NCBI GenBank assembly: GCA_009103225.1
Contig: RHPI01000277.1
Location: 828,074 to 892,073 of the forward strand
DNA from: Chlorokybus atmophyticus
Lineage: Eukaryota > Plantae > Mesostigma and Chlorokybus algae
DNA length: 64,000 nucleotides
Reading direction: 5' to 3'
Notes under the pieces: model-generated
Told to the model about the DNA's origin: nothing
What the model saw: only the letters and a program-made list of their open reading frames with translations
Database searches by the model: none
Program-made: the position numbers and the translations under genes
Shown: in pieces, positions 25,239 through 36,982 of the stretch
Numbering within the stretch: position 1 is the stretch's first letter
How the letters are laid out: the number at the start of each line of letters is the position of its first letter

Positions 25239-26700
25239 TTACTCTTTTATAGCACCCCTCCTGGCCACTTGCAAGTAGAGGGATTGGTAATCTCCCCCGT
25301 ACACCAAACCTGTCATTCTGAACATGTTGGCACGCAAGTTAGCCAGCAACGCCCGCATCACATAGCCATCTCTTTGCATGTCCCTCAACAGCTGGACCAT
25401 GGCATTAAGAAAGTGCTCACGTAAGGTGCATGTGCGTGCAAAGCGTATAACCTGTGACACTACTACCCCCAACTGTGCAGTTTTGGCAATGTTGCTGTCT
25501 GGGTGGGGAGCACACCGCCGTGGCACAAATCTGAAGGGTGCAGTAATAAGCTTGTTGTAGACCCTCGTTGCCAGGCTCTGTGGTGTTCGAAACATTAGCA
25601 AGTCCAGGGACGGAATACACACCCCTTGTTCTGACATTGACAGTGTTAGCATGCGTCGGGGGTAGCCTCCCCCCCCCTCCCTAGTGCATCTGGTTCCAAA
25701 TACATGCATGGCATGAACTCAGGGAGCCCCACCACAAGCACGTCATCCACATAACGCAGAACATGGCGTGCAAACTCGAGCGCCACCGGACGCAGTATTT
25801 GGGCAACCAGCCTGTCCACAAACTCCAACTCATAAGTGAACAGACTTAGTTTGCGATATACACCCCCGCACTATTGCCCATGGGGATGCCTATCGCCTGG
25901 CAATGTAGCTGGTCCCTGGCTGTTTGCACAAACAGATTGATGAGATAGCAGAGCATGGCATGCAAGTCATCCGCAGTAAAAACCTTTGTCACCCCCTCCC
26001 TGGTGACGGTGGTGCCACCCAACCAAGTAGGCGTAGCTACACCTGCTTGGACGTTCATGTGCAAGTGTGTCTTACAATGCAAACATCTGACACATGCAAA
26101 CACTTTGTTCACAAACAGCTTCATACGTCGCAGCAGATCAGCATGTGCTGAGTTGGTATCAAGGGTAGTGAAATCAAAGGATTGCAAGATCAGACGCTCG
26201 CACTTTTGCTGTGTATGTAACCATATTCTCTTTTCATCCAACCTGCAAGCTTGACTACCCACATGAAAGTCCAGTCTAAACTATCACAGCCAGCTACGAG
26301 CAGTGACATACAATGCAGCAGCAAACCTTGCTGTGCGACCCACAAGCTTGCACACACAACTGACAGTTAGACCAAGTTCCCAGTCAAGTCAAAGAACTCA
26401 CTCAATATATCCAAAGGCAGCTCAATCTGACCAATCAACTATCCAAGATTTGGTAGTCTATACATACATAACTAATGCTGCAGGTAAGAAGTTCAATAGT
26501 CTGCGCCACCGACGCGCCTGATTGTCTTTGGGTGCGATTACCATAACTGATTGATATACATGCGCAGGAAAGAGCAAGGCTGCACCAAACCGTATGGGCA
26601 GAATTGCCCCAACGCACAAGTTCCGTGCAGTGGTCTGAAGCCAGCCACTTGCTGCCTCAGGCCACTGTACACATAATGACGGTGCACACCGTGTGTTGCA
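25239..26700 (-). mobile_element. Decayed, 5'-truncated Penelope-like retroelement RT (Naiad/Chlamys type)
   Basis: Motifs in order: SWIVD, QSFDFTTLDT, QAIGIPMG, RYVDDVL, then thumb HPDSNIAKTAQLGVVVSQVIRFARTC. Two frameshifts (about 25845 and a G-run at about 25670) and upstream stops. No GIY-YIG after the RT stop. Confidence 0.85.
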
Positions 26701-26734
26701 CCCACACACAGGCAAGAAAGCTCTGTGGTGTGGG

Positions 26735-28892
26735 TCACGCAATATTCAAGTCCAGGTCTAGGCGAGCTTTTGACCTTGGCTGTTCCAAACGAAGGGCTTC
26801 GTTGGGAGGCTCCAACCTGAGCCCTTCTGGCGAGACCCCTCGTGGCCTTTTGTTGATGTCGTCGGCAAGGTGGCGCTGCAGTCTCATCTCGTCGTCCTCA
26901 TGCAGCGGAGTGTCTCTACGCCAGTCGCCGGGCTGGTAACCCGGCCGCACAGCTGGCGCTGTTCGACCGTCCGGCAAGATTAACTTGCCCGCAAAAACTG
27001 TTTGCAACTTCTCTTCCAAAACTGCATTGGTGCCTCTCAACCCTGCCACTACCTCCGAAGCCCATCCAAAGTATGCCTGCAGCATATTGGTAAGACCTCA
27101 TGGGGTACTGCGCTGACAACAATGCGTCGCTGGCACACATGCGCATGCAGCCGCACACGCGCACACACGCAGTTGCAATGCTATGGTGCACCGCCTGATT
27201 GTCACCTGACAGCGCTCAACGCTCCAAGAAGGCGGCGGGTTGTCCATCAGGTCAGTCAGATTGTGCAGCTTGTCAGCGAGCTTGACATGTTTGGCACCAT
27301 TGGATTTGTGCGGCGCATGATCAATCTGCTGCTGCTTGCGTTCTTGCTTTGGCAGTCGCTTGTCATCAGAGACCTCAACAACCAAGTCGTTGACCTGTAG
27401 GGAACTTGGCGGAATCATGCCTTGAACGCTTTGTGTGTGTTCATGTGTGCGAGCACGCGCATGCACATATGTGTGTGCATGCGCGTGTCTGCGTACACCT
27501 GTGTGCGCGTGCGTCTGTGTCCACAAGATAGGTGCATGCACGGCACTTGGCGTGCGTGTGTGCGCGCTCTGCCATGCATGCGTGTGTGCATGGTCCAGAT
27601 TCACGCAAGTGCAAGCAGGCGAGGGAATTGTATAACTGCTTGTGGTCAGGAGAGCCTTGCAAACTGACCTCTTTGCCAAACTCAGCTTTGATCTCCGCCT
27701 GTGTGCAGTCTGTGTCTTCAATGGTGTCATGCAAAAGCGCCGCCTGTATTGCCAAGTCATAATACTTGACAACTTTCATTGGCATTCATGGAGGAGACGT
27801 ACAAGTTGCGGAATCCAGGAGGCAGCATTGCATGCTTACTTGCAAAACTTGCATGTCACGCACTCCACTTTGCCACAACAAGGTAGCCACTCCAAGTGGA
27901 TGATTTATGTATGCAGTACCCTGAGACCCAGCATCAGTGTCATGAGCAGTACCAAACCAAGCATCGCCACTCAGCCAACCAGACATACTGTTGTACAACG
28001 ACCAACTGCAGCTCCACCAAGCATCCTACAGTAGACTTGTCCATCTGAAGCAGCTATACAATATGCTCTGCATTCTTGCTCATCACCGCAGGTCACTTGA
28101 GCCAAGTGGTGAAATGCAACACATACCAGAAAGAGCACCGCAAGTCCTGCGACTGTTGGCATGCACCCAACCAAAGCTGGATGCAGTGACAATGCATGTC
28201 CAAAATGCATGCTGCATATGCTGCGCAACACGGAACTCACAATGCATGTCACTACTAGTGGAGTTGCTCTTTATACAAACACATCAGCTTGTGCACAGCA
28301 GTATTTTCTGCGTCAAAAACATACACGAATTTTGCTTTTTTGTACTATACGGCACAAAGAGCGTTGGGTAACGTGCTAACTGAAGAAGCCTATACAGTGC
28401 GTCTGCAACGCTCGCCATGGGCAGTATAGCATAGCATGACAACATATGGCATTCACACTACCCAAACCAGATCAGCCAGGCAGTCAGTTGCGTCTCAAGC
28501 ATGATTGTGATTGCCAATGCTGCCTTGCGCAATACAGCATTGGCAAACACAAAGCATAAAACAGCCGGCATTGCACTTGCGCATGCCGCCACAACCAATG
28601 GCTGGAAGCTGACAGACGTACACACAATGCAAGAACGAACTGCTGGCAACGGCTTTGCACCGCCTTCCAGCTGCCTCACCTCTCTGTCCTTCCGGCGCTG
28701 GGTGCGATGCTTGTTAGCCGCAAACACCACGCAGCGCAGGAGCTCTCCGACCTCATCGGGGCAGCCGGGCGCATCCGGCTTGGCCTCTGCCTCGACAGGC
28801 TCATGATTAAGATCGTCCTCTACAACTGAGCCGCCGCCAGGCTCCTCCACCACGCCCAACCCGGTCGCCGCCTCCCTCTCCACCGTTGCCAT
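26735..28892 (-). CDS. HDDC3: MESH1/HDDC3-like HD-domain hydrolase (ppGpp hydrolase / NADPH phosphatase family), 5 exons
   Basis: FAANKHRTQRRKD|GTAYINHPLGVA...|AALLHDTIEDTD...|VEVSDDKRLPKQERKQQQIDHAPHKS...VKLADKLHNLTDL...W|AYFGWASEVVAGLRGTN. This is collinear with MESH1. Confidence 0.92.
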
Positions 28893-29372
28893 GATAGCTA
28901 CCACAGCCAATGCAACACAGAGCCCAGATGATCAAATGTAACACCCAGTGAAATTCTCTGTTACTGGTTCTGCTCGACCGCCTCTTCCTCGTCCGCACTG
29001 TCCTCCTCACCGTCCTCCTCGCCCACCGCCGCCGCCTGGTCCAAGCATGCCACACAGCTGCGTGCTGCGTTTGCTGCTATAACTTCCACAGTGTCGTATT
29101 GGGTTACGCGAGCATATTCGAAACACGGCCACATGCAAGCTGGAGCTGCCTGACTGCAGTTGACATCGACCATCAACGCCACAGCCGCCGTCATAACTGG
29201 GGGGAGTGACCAATGTTAACGACAGGCACTCGCAGTTAGTTAGCAGTGTATATGGAGGGTTGAGCTATAACCCAGTCACGTGTTTGCGCTTGAGTTACGG
29301 CCCAAATTTGAGGCTAGGGTTGGGCCAGGCTTTGGCCTGGTGGTGTGGCCTGGTGGGGAGGCAGCGGGAGGT

Positions 29373-30846
29373 ATGGCGACGGCGGCGAGCGTGTTGGCGC
29401 TGTCGTTGGGGTCTTCATCGCTGAGCACTGCAGCTGACAGCTTGAGGCACCACAGGAGGCGGCGACAGGGGCAGGCGGGGCCTGCTGGCAGCTGGGCGGC
29501 GGTGGCGAGGGGCACAGCTGCTGCTGGCCGAAGGAGAGCAGCGCTGCTGGTGACCTGCGGACACAAGGTGGGTTCTGCAGAGGCTGGCATGTTTGCATCA
29601 CGTTTGCCACAGTCTACATGTCGTGCTTTGTTATTGTGAACTGTCCAGAGCACTGAAACGAATGCTGTTTCACGCTGATGTTAGAGTGCCGCTTATGCTC
29701 CTCATGCAATGCGATGAATCTGCGTAAGTGTTTCAGGTTGGTGTGAGCACAAGTTTCTGCTGTGTGGAACTGAGAGTCGCTTAGTGCTGCAAATTGGGGA
29801 GCTCAGTTTCAAAGTCGTGAGCAGCAAATGCCATACTGCACTTGGAATTTGCGCAAGCCAGGCTACGACACGCTTTGAAGATGCTGTGTCTTTGTGTTGT
29901 GCTTTCAAGTCGTTTATGGCAGGTTTATTGCAATACTCGACTGGGCTTTCTTTATGGTCATGTGGTGACTAACACTTGCGCACGTACCAGTGTTGACGAT
30001 AAGCACACGTCCTACTTACTTGTGTCAGTATGCAATATTGTTGTCCCATTAACCTTTGCTTTCATTCGCCAACAACTGCGTTACATCACATGCAGCCGTT
30101 CAGTGTCGGGCGTCAGTGTGTGCCAGCTGGTGTAGACTTTTGCAAGCTCACCACGTTTGGTACTTTGTGCTGGTTTTTGTTTTGTTGCCACTTGTCAAGT
30201 CACATGTAACATGTAGAGGGCATTGCTGTGCAGGTCACTTTCATATCGCGAGAAACAAAGGCGCGGACTGTAGTGGATGTTCCAGAGGTGAGAGCTGTCA
30301 GCTTGAGCACTTGCTTGCATGCGCGAACACATCCATAACAGTTTCGTGTAGCCGAGTAGTCTCTTGGCCTCTGATGTGTGTCTGATAGGATACGCATATC
30401 TTGGATGCGGCGGAGGAGGCGGGCATGGAGCTGCCGTCATGTTGTAGAGGAGGACTGTGCGGGTACGTGCTGTTGTTGGGTATATCCATGATGAGCACTG
30501 GAATGATGAAACACACTCAATCAGCCTTTTGCAGGCAGTATTACCCCAATGTACTCATGGCATGTTGCCTACAGGTCCTGTGTTGGGTATGCAACTGTCG
30601 GGTCGATAGATCAGAGCGATGCCACAGATATAGATACAGTGCTGACTCCTGAACAGATAGCTGAGGTGAGTTTGACCGGTTGACTGTGCTGGTGGCATCG
30701 ATATGTTCGCTGCTGATGGAAGCTGACTTCTTTATGTACGTTAGGGGTACGTGCTTTTGTGCCAAGCTAGGGCTATGTCGGATTGTACGATTGAGACGCA
30801 ATGCGATTGGGGGGTGTTGAGCCTGGACAAATGGGACAAACACTAG
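29373..30846 (+). CDS. Plastid-targeted [2Fe-2S] plant-type ferredoxin (divergent, FDX4-like), 5 exons
   Basis: Transit-peptide-like exon 1, then VTFISRETKARTVVDVPE|DTHILDAAEEAGMELPSCCRGGLCG|SCVG...IDQSD...|GYVLLCQARAMSDCTIETQCDWG. Cluster motif C-x4-C-x2-C...C is intact. Confidence 0.9.
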
Positions 30847-31315
30847 GTGTAACTGATACCTTAGTACATAGCTTCACATAGCTTCGCTAAGCATAGCTTT
30901 GCTTAGCTTTAGAGATGTGACATGTTGGTTGGCACTGATATATGTGGGTTTTGGGTTCGGCTGGTTGACAGGTTTTAACTCTATCCTGGGCTGTAAGCGG
31001 TCATTGGATAGCTGCATGTGACTGGAAAGGCTTCATGCGTCTGCAAGTGACTTGAAACGCTGTGAAACACTAGACACTGCTTGTTCTTCAGGTCAAACGC
31101 CAACGCCAGCACAAGAACACGCACGCTATGAACACATTCATTCCACTTGCATGCAGGCCATCTTCACATACCTTGAGCCTCCTCTACACCCACCAGCGCA
31201 TTCGCTATGAACCGGGCCACGATCTGTTCACTGTGCGTGCGTTGCAAGCAAGCAAGCAAACCCCGGGAGCTGTGCTGTCGCGGGTACTGGGGACGGTGGG
31301 GGGGAGGGGGCGAGG

Positions 31316-31354
31316 GTCGACTCGACTGTTAAACAATACAACAGTCGAGTCGAC
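31316..31354. repeat. Perfect 15-bp inverted repeat (9-nt loop) flanked by G-runs
   Basis: gtcgactcgactgtt-aaacaatac-aacagtcgagtcgac. Confidence 0.9.
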
Positions 31355-31533
31355 ATCACGTGTCTTGCGTGGGGGGGGGGGGAGTTGCCGGGGACTCCGA
31401 CAATGACCCCTTCAGATCATGCACGTGTTGTGTCAGGAACATCCGTGACTTCCAGCGGCGGCGGCGGTGGCGGCGGCGGCGGCACGGGTCTCGGGGAGGC
31501 GGGCTTCAGGCGATAGGTTGTTGAGCTGGCAAC

Positions 31534-33066
31534 ATGAGCCAAGATTGTCACAATGTAGACGGCGGCGGCGGCAGCAGCCACACGCCCGTCCCTGACATGA
31601 GCTTGCAGGTGGGGTATGGACTTTTTGGAGTGGGTCTCGGTCTTGCTGAGCGGAAACGTCGGCAGAACAGTAGTACGTGCGTATGTGCAAGTAAGTCATG
31701 CTCATGCCTTGCTGCTCCTGTATGCTGTCGTCAACTTGCAGGCTGTATGCCGCTAGTTTCATAGTTGATTTGGTAGACTACGGCACAAGCATGCTTGCTA
31801 TCTAGGCAGTACGCCATGTCTGTGTCCAAGCTCATAGTTGCTTACATGCCTGTTGGAGCAGAGCAGTGCTTACGTCGTTGATGGCTGCATGTTTCAAGCA
31901 CTTCTAACTAACATGCCAAGTGTACCATGCATACTGAGTGAATGGCAGCTACTGTTTTGCGTGTGCATCTTGTGTGCTTGTAGCCGTTTTTGAGTGTGCT
32001 CTTTGGTAAGTACAAGCACGAAGCCAAATATAAAAAGTCTCATCTGAACATACACCAAACGGTAGGCTATGTGCTTGCGCTCGATGACACTCTGCGGCAG
32101 TGCCACTCCCTGTACTAGCAAGCAAGCGTTCCATTGTCAACAAAGTCTGTGACTGGTCTGTGTGACACGGAGAGACTCTTGCATTAAACCATGTGTTCAC
32201 TTGCTCTGCTCTGCTCAGGACATCATGCTATGCAGTTCTGAAATACGGCAGCCTGCCGCTGCGCACGGTCATCAGCAAGTGGAGTGTGAGAGACCGTGCG
32301 CGAGCAAGCTGTGTGAACACGGCATGGAGGGACATCGCACGCGAGGTGGAGGACAAGCCGCTGAGCACGGTAAACAGCAAGTTGAGTGTGAGAGACCGTG
32401 CGAGCCAGCTGCGTGAACAAGGCATGAAGGGACATTGCACGCGAGGTGGAGGACGAGTCTTATCAGGACCTTGGTGTGTCGCCCACAGTGATGAGAGAAT
32501 GCTTTCGCCATTGCCGCAGATATAACATACAGCACTCTGAGAGCATAGACCCGCATGCGGCCTTCTGCTTTGTTCAGCACGGCGCTCGCAACCTTTGCCT
32601 GCCTGCACGGGGACATGAAGGAGTGTTGACGCCAAGTATCAGAATGTGGCTTCGACGCTTTGTGGAGTACATGGCGGACTCTGATCCTGTCTGCATTCCT
32701 GCAACGGAGGAGGCGCTGAATTCTTTTGCCAAGGGTGTTGTTGTTGACGTCCATTTGCCGAGCTACAAAACCGGAAAATTTGAGTGCCACATTAAGACGC
32801 AGTGCAATTGGTTTGCAACTGTACGTCGTAGTACTGTTGCTATCCATTCGCGATTGCACACTACCCATGGGGGCGAGCCGAGTCTAAATTTCTTTGCGAA
32901 TGGGGTGTTCTACAGTTATGCGAACGAAGTTGGAGATTATAAGTTGCTGTTCTCGAGGCAAACCACACAAGACGGCGACGTTTTTGGCTTGACATCTGGC
33001 AGCTGGACATTGCTTGATGATTTGATAGCTTGTGTGTGTAGTGGACATTGGCGCGTACAGCTGTAG
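31534..33066 (+). CDS. F-box protein (or pseudogene) with a tandem duplication of the F-box segment
   Basis: LPLRTVISKWSVRDRARASCVNTAWR is F-box-like. A 102-bp unit is duplicated (32255-32356 and 32357-32456). A 200-aa ORF follows downstream, ending at 33066. Confidence 0.55.
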
Positions 33067-33949
33067 CAAGAGTTCCGGATAGTTATTAACCTGCAATGAA
33101 AGAAGCTTCTAGTGTTACCTTCCAACGAGATTAACTCTTGGTTCACATGCTTCATTATGTCGATACGCGTCTTATTAACAACAACATTGTCTTAAGTACA
33201 CTATTTGCAGAGCCATTAGTTTTTAACATGCTATGCACATGGCTCGTGGTAAGGAACGCAGCTCATCCATCTTACAGCTGTAATCAATTGGAGATGTTAG
33301 AAAGCACCATGCCAGTTTATAAACTAGAGGCCTCAACATGACATCGCGTACGGCAGAGTTACGCAAATAATATACAAAAGCTGCATACAAGCAAGCTCTA
33401 ATGTCGGTAACAATGCACGTGCAGTGACAGCAGGAGAAACAGGCAGACGTGCATATAAAATAATTGGGGGGTAGGACACAGGGCAGCATTAGAAGTCCTA
33501 GTCTAGGACAAACTACGAAAAAGAGATAGACTCTACCATTACAAGACCCTCAAGCAGCAAAGGGGTGGGGTGCGGAAAGCATGCAAAAGGACCACTTGCA
33601 GAGGTAGAGGTTGCCCGGGGACATGTTGGTTGCGCATGCATGGCACAGCTCATTGCATGACTGATGTTTGTAATATGCATCAGTTTCATGAGTTTTAACA
33701 AATTGACGGACATGATCACGATATATCGATTCTTGTTGCACAAGAGTTATCGCTTGTAAGCTGTACTCTCTTGCTTTCTTGATGAGAACATGTATGCGCA
33801 AAAACAAAGCGTAACAACGGATGGCTATACACTATATACAGCAAGGTCTTAGAATGGATATGCATCTATGGATGCGTCCCAAACTACACAAGTGGCATTA
33901 AATGGCACATGATGTATAAGTGCACACCATGCATCGCACAACGTTGTTA

Positions 33950-34029
33950 ACATGCATTGTACTACTTAAACTCGCATTGGTAACTAATTACATGCATTGT
34001 ACTACTTAAACTCGCATTGGTAACTAATT
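33950..34029. repeat. Perfect 40-bp tandem duplication
   Basis: acatgcattgtactacttaaactcgcattggtaactaatt occurs twice in tandem. Confidence 0.95.
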
Positions 34030-34563
34030 ACATTTTAACAAGTGTCTCACAATACACCCACCCTTACCATGCAATAATGATGAGCTCATTACACCTCGGT
34101 CAGCTACATGTATTGTTAAAGTGGGGTTTATGTATGCATATTCAAAAGAACTTTGTGACATCCATAATTCTCGCAACAATAACCCCTGCCATGGCTTGTG
34201 CGCTGCAGGGGGCGAGCAGGTCTCGCATGCATGCTGCCTGTCTATGCTCGTGTGTATGTTCGGCGCAAGCAGGCCATTGATGGTGACCATGCTGCTTTTT
34301 GCTGCACACGAGTGATGTGACTCAATCAGGCTCATCGAGGCAAGGCAATCAATCGACTGTTATTCGCATGTTAATTCATGTTCATATGGCACAGGCGTGC
34401 ATATATAAAGGCAAGCAATTAATTGTCGGTTATCATTCGCACGTTACCTGATGTCATACTTGTGGTATGATTGAGATGAGGGCAAACACAAGGCTGATTG
34501 TGACCATTCGCATGTAATCAGATGTCGCACATGTGTGTGTATATGAGTAGTATTGTGTCACGC

Positions 34564-34591
34564 GAGAGAGAGAGTGAGAGAGAGAGAGAGA

Positions 34592-34622
<31 letters not shown>
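34564..34622. repeat. (GA)n microsatellite
   Basis: Seen directly in the sequence. Confidence 0.95.
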
Positions 34623-34826
34623 GGGCATCAGCAACGAGCATAGCATAACTCAAGCAATGGAGTCACTGAAAATGCAAAATCGTGCTTATTATTATCATCT
34701 CGGTACCATTGAATAGCGATGTGCTTGTATCATGACTGTACTTGACACTTATATTTGCATAGTGCAATAATTTGTATTTATAGACCTATCAATCCACCCT
34801 ACGCCGCAATTGTCTATGCTACTTAG

Positions 34827-36903
34827 CTACTTGGTTGGATGGCTATCTACAAGCCTCCAAACTATGCTACCACTGACCCTATGCAACCTACCCAGTGCGC
34901 GTGCGCGATACCTTCGCCGTCGTATGAGCCTCACGACATCAGAAAACACCCGATCATAAAACAATGGCGAAAAGCAAAAATGGACACAATCCCGACAACT
35001 TCCTCGCATGGAAGGCACCTTCTGCATGCACTTCTGCATATGCGCTTCATGCCGGTCCCGCGTGTGTGCAAACATATTGAGGAAATCCACATGCACCCTT
35101 GGCATTGCGTCCAACAGAATGCGGTTCTGTTTGCTGGCATCCGAGGTGATGACGTTGCTCCCGATAAAAGGGAGACAAGCTCCTGTATCATCGTCTGGTG
35201 CGTGCTTTGCCGTACTCCCGTGCACTATTGCTATGCGCTTTGGCTCGCTTTGCACCCAACTGGCAAGCTGCTGACCCACCTTCTCCATGTCCGCCTTGTA
35301 CTCCATCATCTCGCGCGATCTGCAGGTTACTGGTATTCATTTACACGCAACATATACGCGTGGAGTCGAATTGACTGACAGTCCTCATGTTGGTTTGTGT
35401 AAATGTTTGAATACATGCAAACGCACGTGTGCGCGCACCCTCACATGCATACGTGTGCGTGCATGAGAGCAAACATGCGTGAGTGCAAAGACACATATGC
35501 TTACTTGTAGTGGGCTGCGCTGTTGACGAACACAGCATCAGCTATGTCTAGTGCTTCTGCCAGCGCCGTCGAGTTGTATCTGTTGCTGCGGAGGAAGGCA
35601 AACACGCTTCCGTGCCGATTTCTCACCATGGCATTGAACTCGGGCTGCTGGCTGAGCAACACCTGAAGCTCGCTGCTTGTTGTTACATTGTCATCAGCAT
35701 CCATGACAGCGACATTGGCGCGTAGGAGACCACACACGAACGCGTCGAAGAACTGCCTCATGAGACTGTCTCCAATAAACAATGTTGTGTGATTGGGATG
35801 GCCGCGAGCAAGCTCCCAGGCCAAGTCTGAGCAGTACTGTCACGTATCAGGATACAACGCAAGCAGGCACACACGCACACGCGCACGTGTTCGCACACGC
35901 ACGTGCGCGCACAAACACGTTTGCATGTGCATACAGTACAACACACGCACACTCTGGCACGCCCACGCGCATGTACACACTGTTGATTATTGTGCAACCA
36001 ACCTGCAGCTGTTTTGGTTGAGCGAGTCCGCTGATTTCCTGGCTCAGAGTCCCACCCAGGCCAGTCAGAGTCCAGCTTATTTACCCTACAAACCACCACC
36101 ACCATGATCTCAGTCACTTGTGCCACGCACGCACACATGCATCATCTAAATACACGCTACACACTTTTCACACACTACTTCTCTCACCTACACATGTGTA
36201 TGGAGTGCGCTGCTCGCTCGGCCATTGGCCCCGTGGTGACAATGGACATGCCCGCCACGCACACGCGCCCACTCGCAGCATCGCATTGCAAGTAGTCCGG
36301 GTCTATTGCCAATGCTTCCGCGAACCCACTTGCGCCCAAAATGGATGCTGGACACGTCTGTGTAAAAGTGGTGTCACACTACTGCTTCACACTGAAGCTG
36401 TGTTTGTAGTGTGAATGATGAAAGCAGGGCACATTGAGAACGCAGTTGTAGGTTCCAACAGCTAACAAGTACGGCCACTACTATTTGCTTACTGATTGGC
36501 ACAAAACAGTGCTACAGGAAGGCAGTGCATAGTGTGCTTGGATAAGCAAGTTTCTGCACCTCATCAACTACGCGTGCGTGTGTTGACTGGTAAGAGCACA
36601 ACGAGTCACAATTGCAACTCCTTGTAGTTGCTGCTCACGAGTCGTATCCAATTTGGATGAACTAAGTGATTAACGTGGGACCTGGCACTCTCTCCTTCCA
36701 TCAGATAATATGAAAAAAATCAACGTGAGAATAAGATCAAGTCTCACCGTGTCTAGAACAGATCTGTATCCAGACCCAGGAGACAGCGCCAGCGCACGCC
36801 AGGCTAGCGCCAGCACCCCGAAGCTGCACCAGGCCAGCGACGTCCAGCTGCCGCCTAGCCGCCTCCTCCGCCAGGGCGCTCTGCGCATCCCCTTGGGACC
36901 CAT
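34827..36903 (-). CDS. TBL/PC-esterase (SGNH) polysaccharide O-acetyltransferase-like type II membrane protein
   Basis: N-terminal hydrophobic anchor; TLFIGDSLMRQFF (GDS motif); C-terminal RDCVHFCFSP (DxxH motif). Confidence 0.8.
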
Positions 36904-36938
36904 CCTGCCGGGTCCCCCTTCACCCCACTCGCATCGCT

Positions 36939-36982
36939 CTGGCCTGGCTTAGCCTGGTCTGGCCTGGCCTGGCCTGGTCTGG
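36939..36982 (-). repeat. (CCAGG)n pentamer tract in the putative 5' leader of the TBL gene
   Basis: The + strand reads ctggcctggcttagcctggtctggcctggcctggcctggtctgg, about 35-80 nt upstream of ATG 36903. Confidence 0.8.

Noticed and set aside
26243-26445. In-frame TGA codons in the PLE RT as selenocysteine (as in some Naiads)
   Set aside because: Most fall in the putative intron, TAG stops and frameshifts are also present, and I recognised no SECIS.
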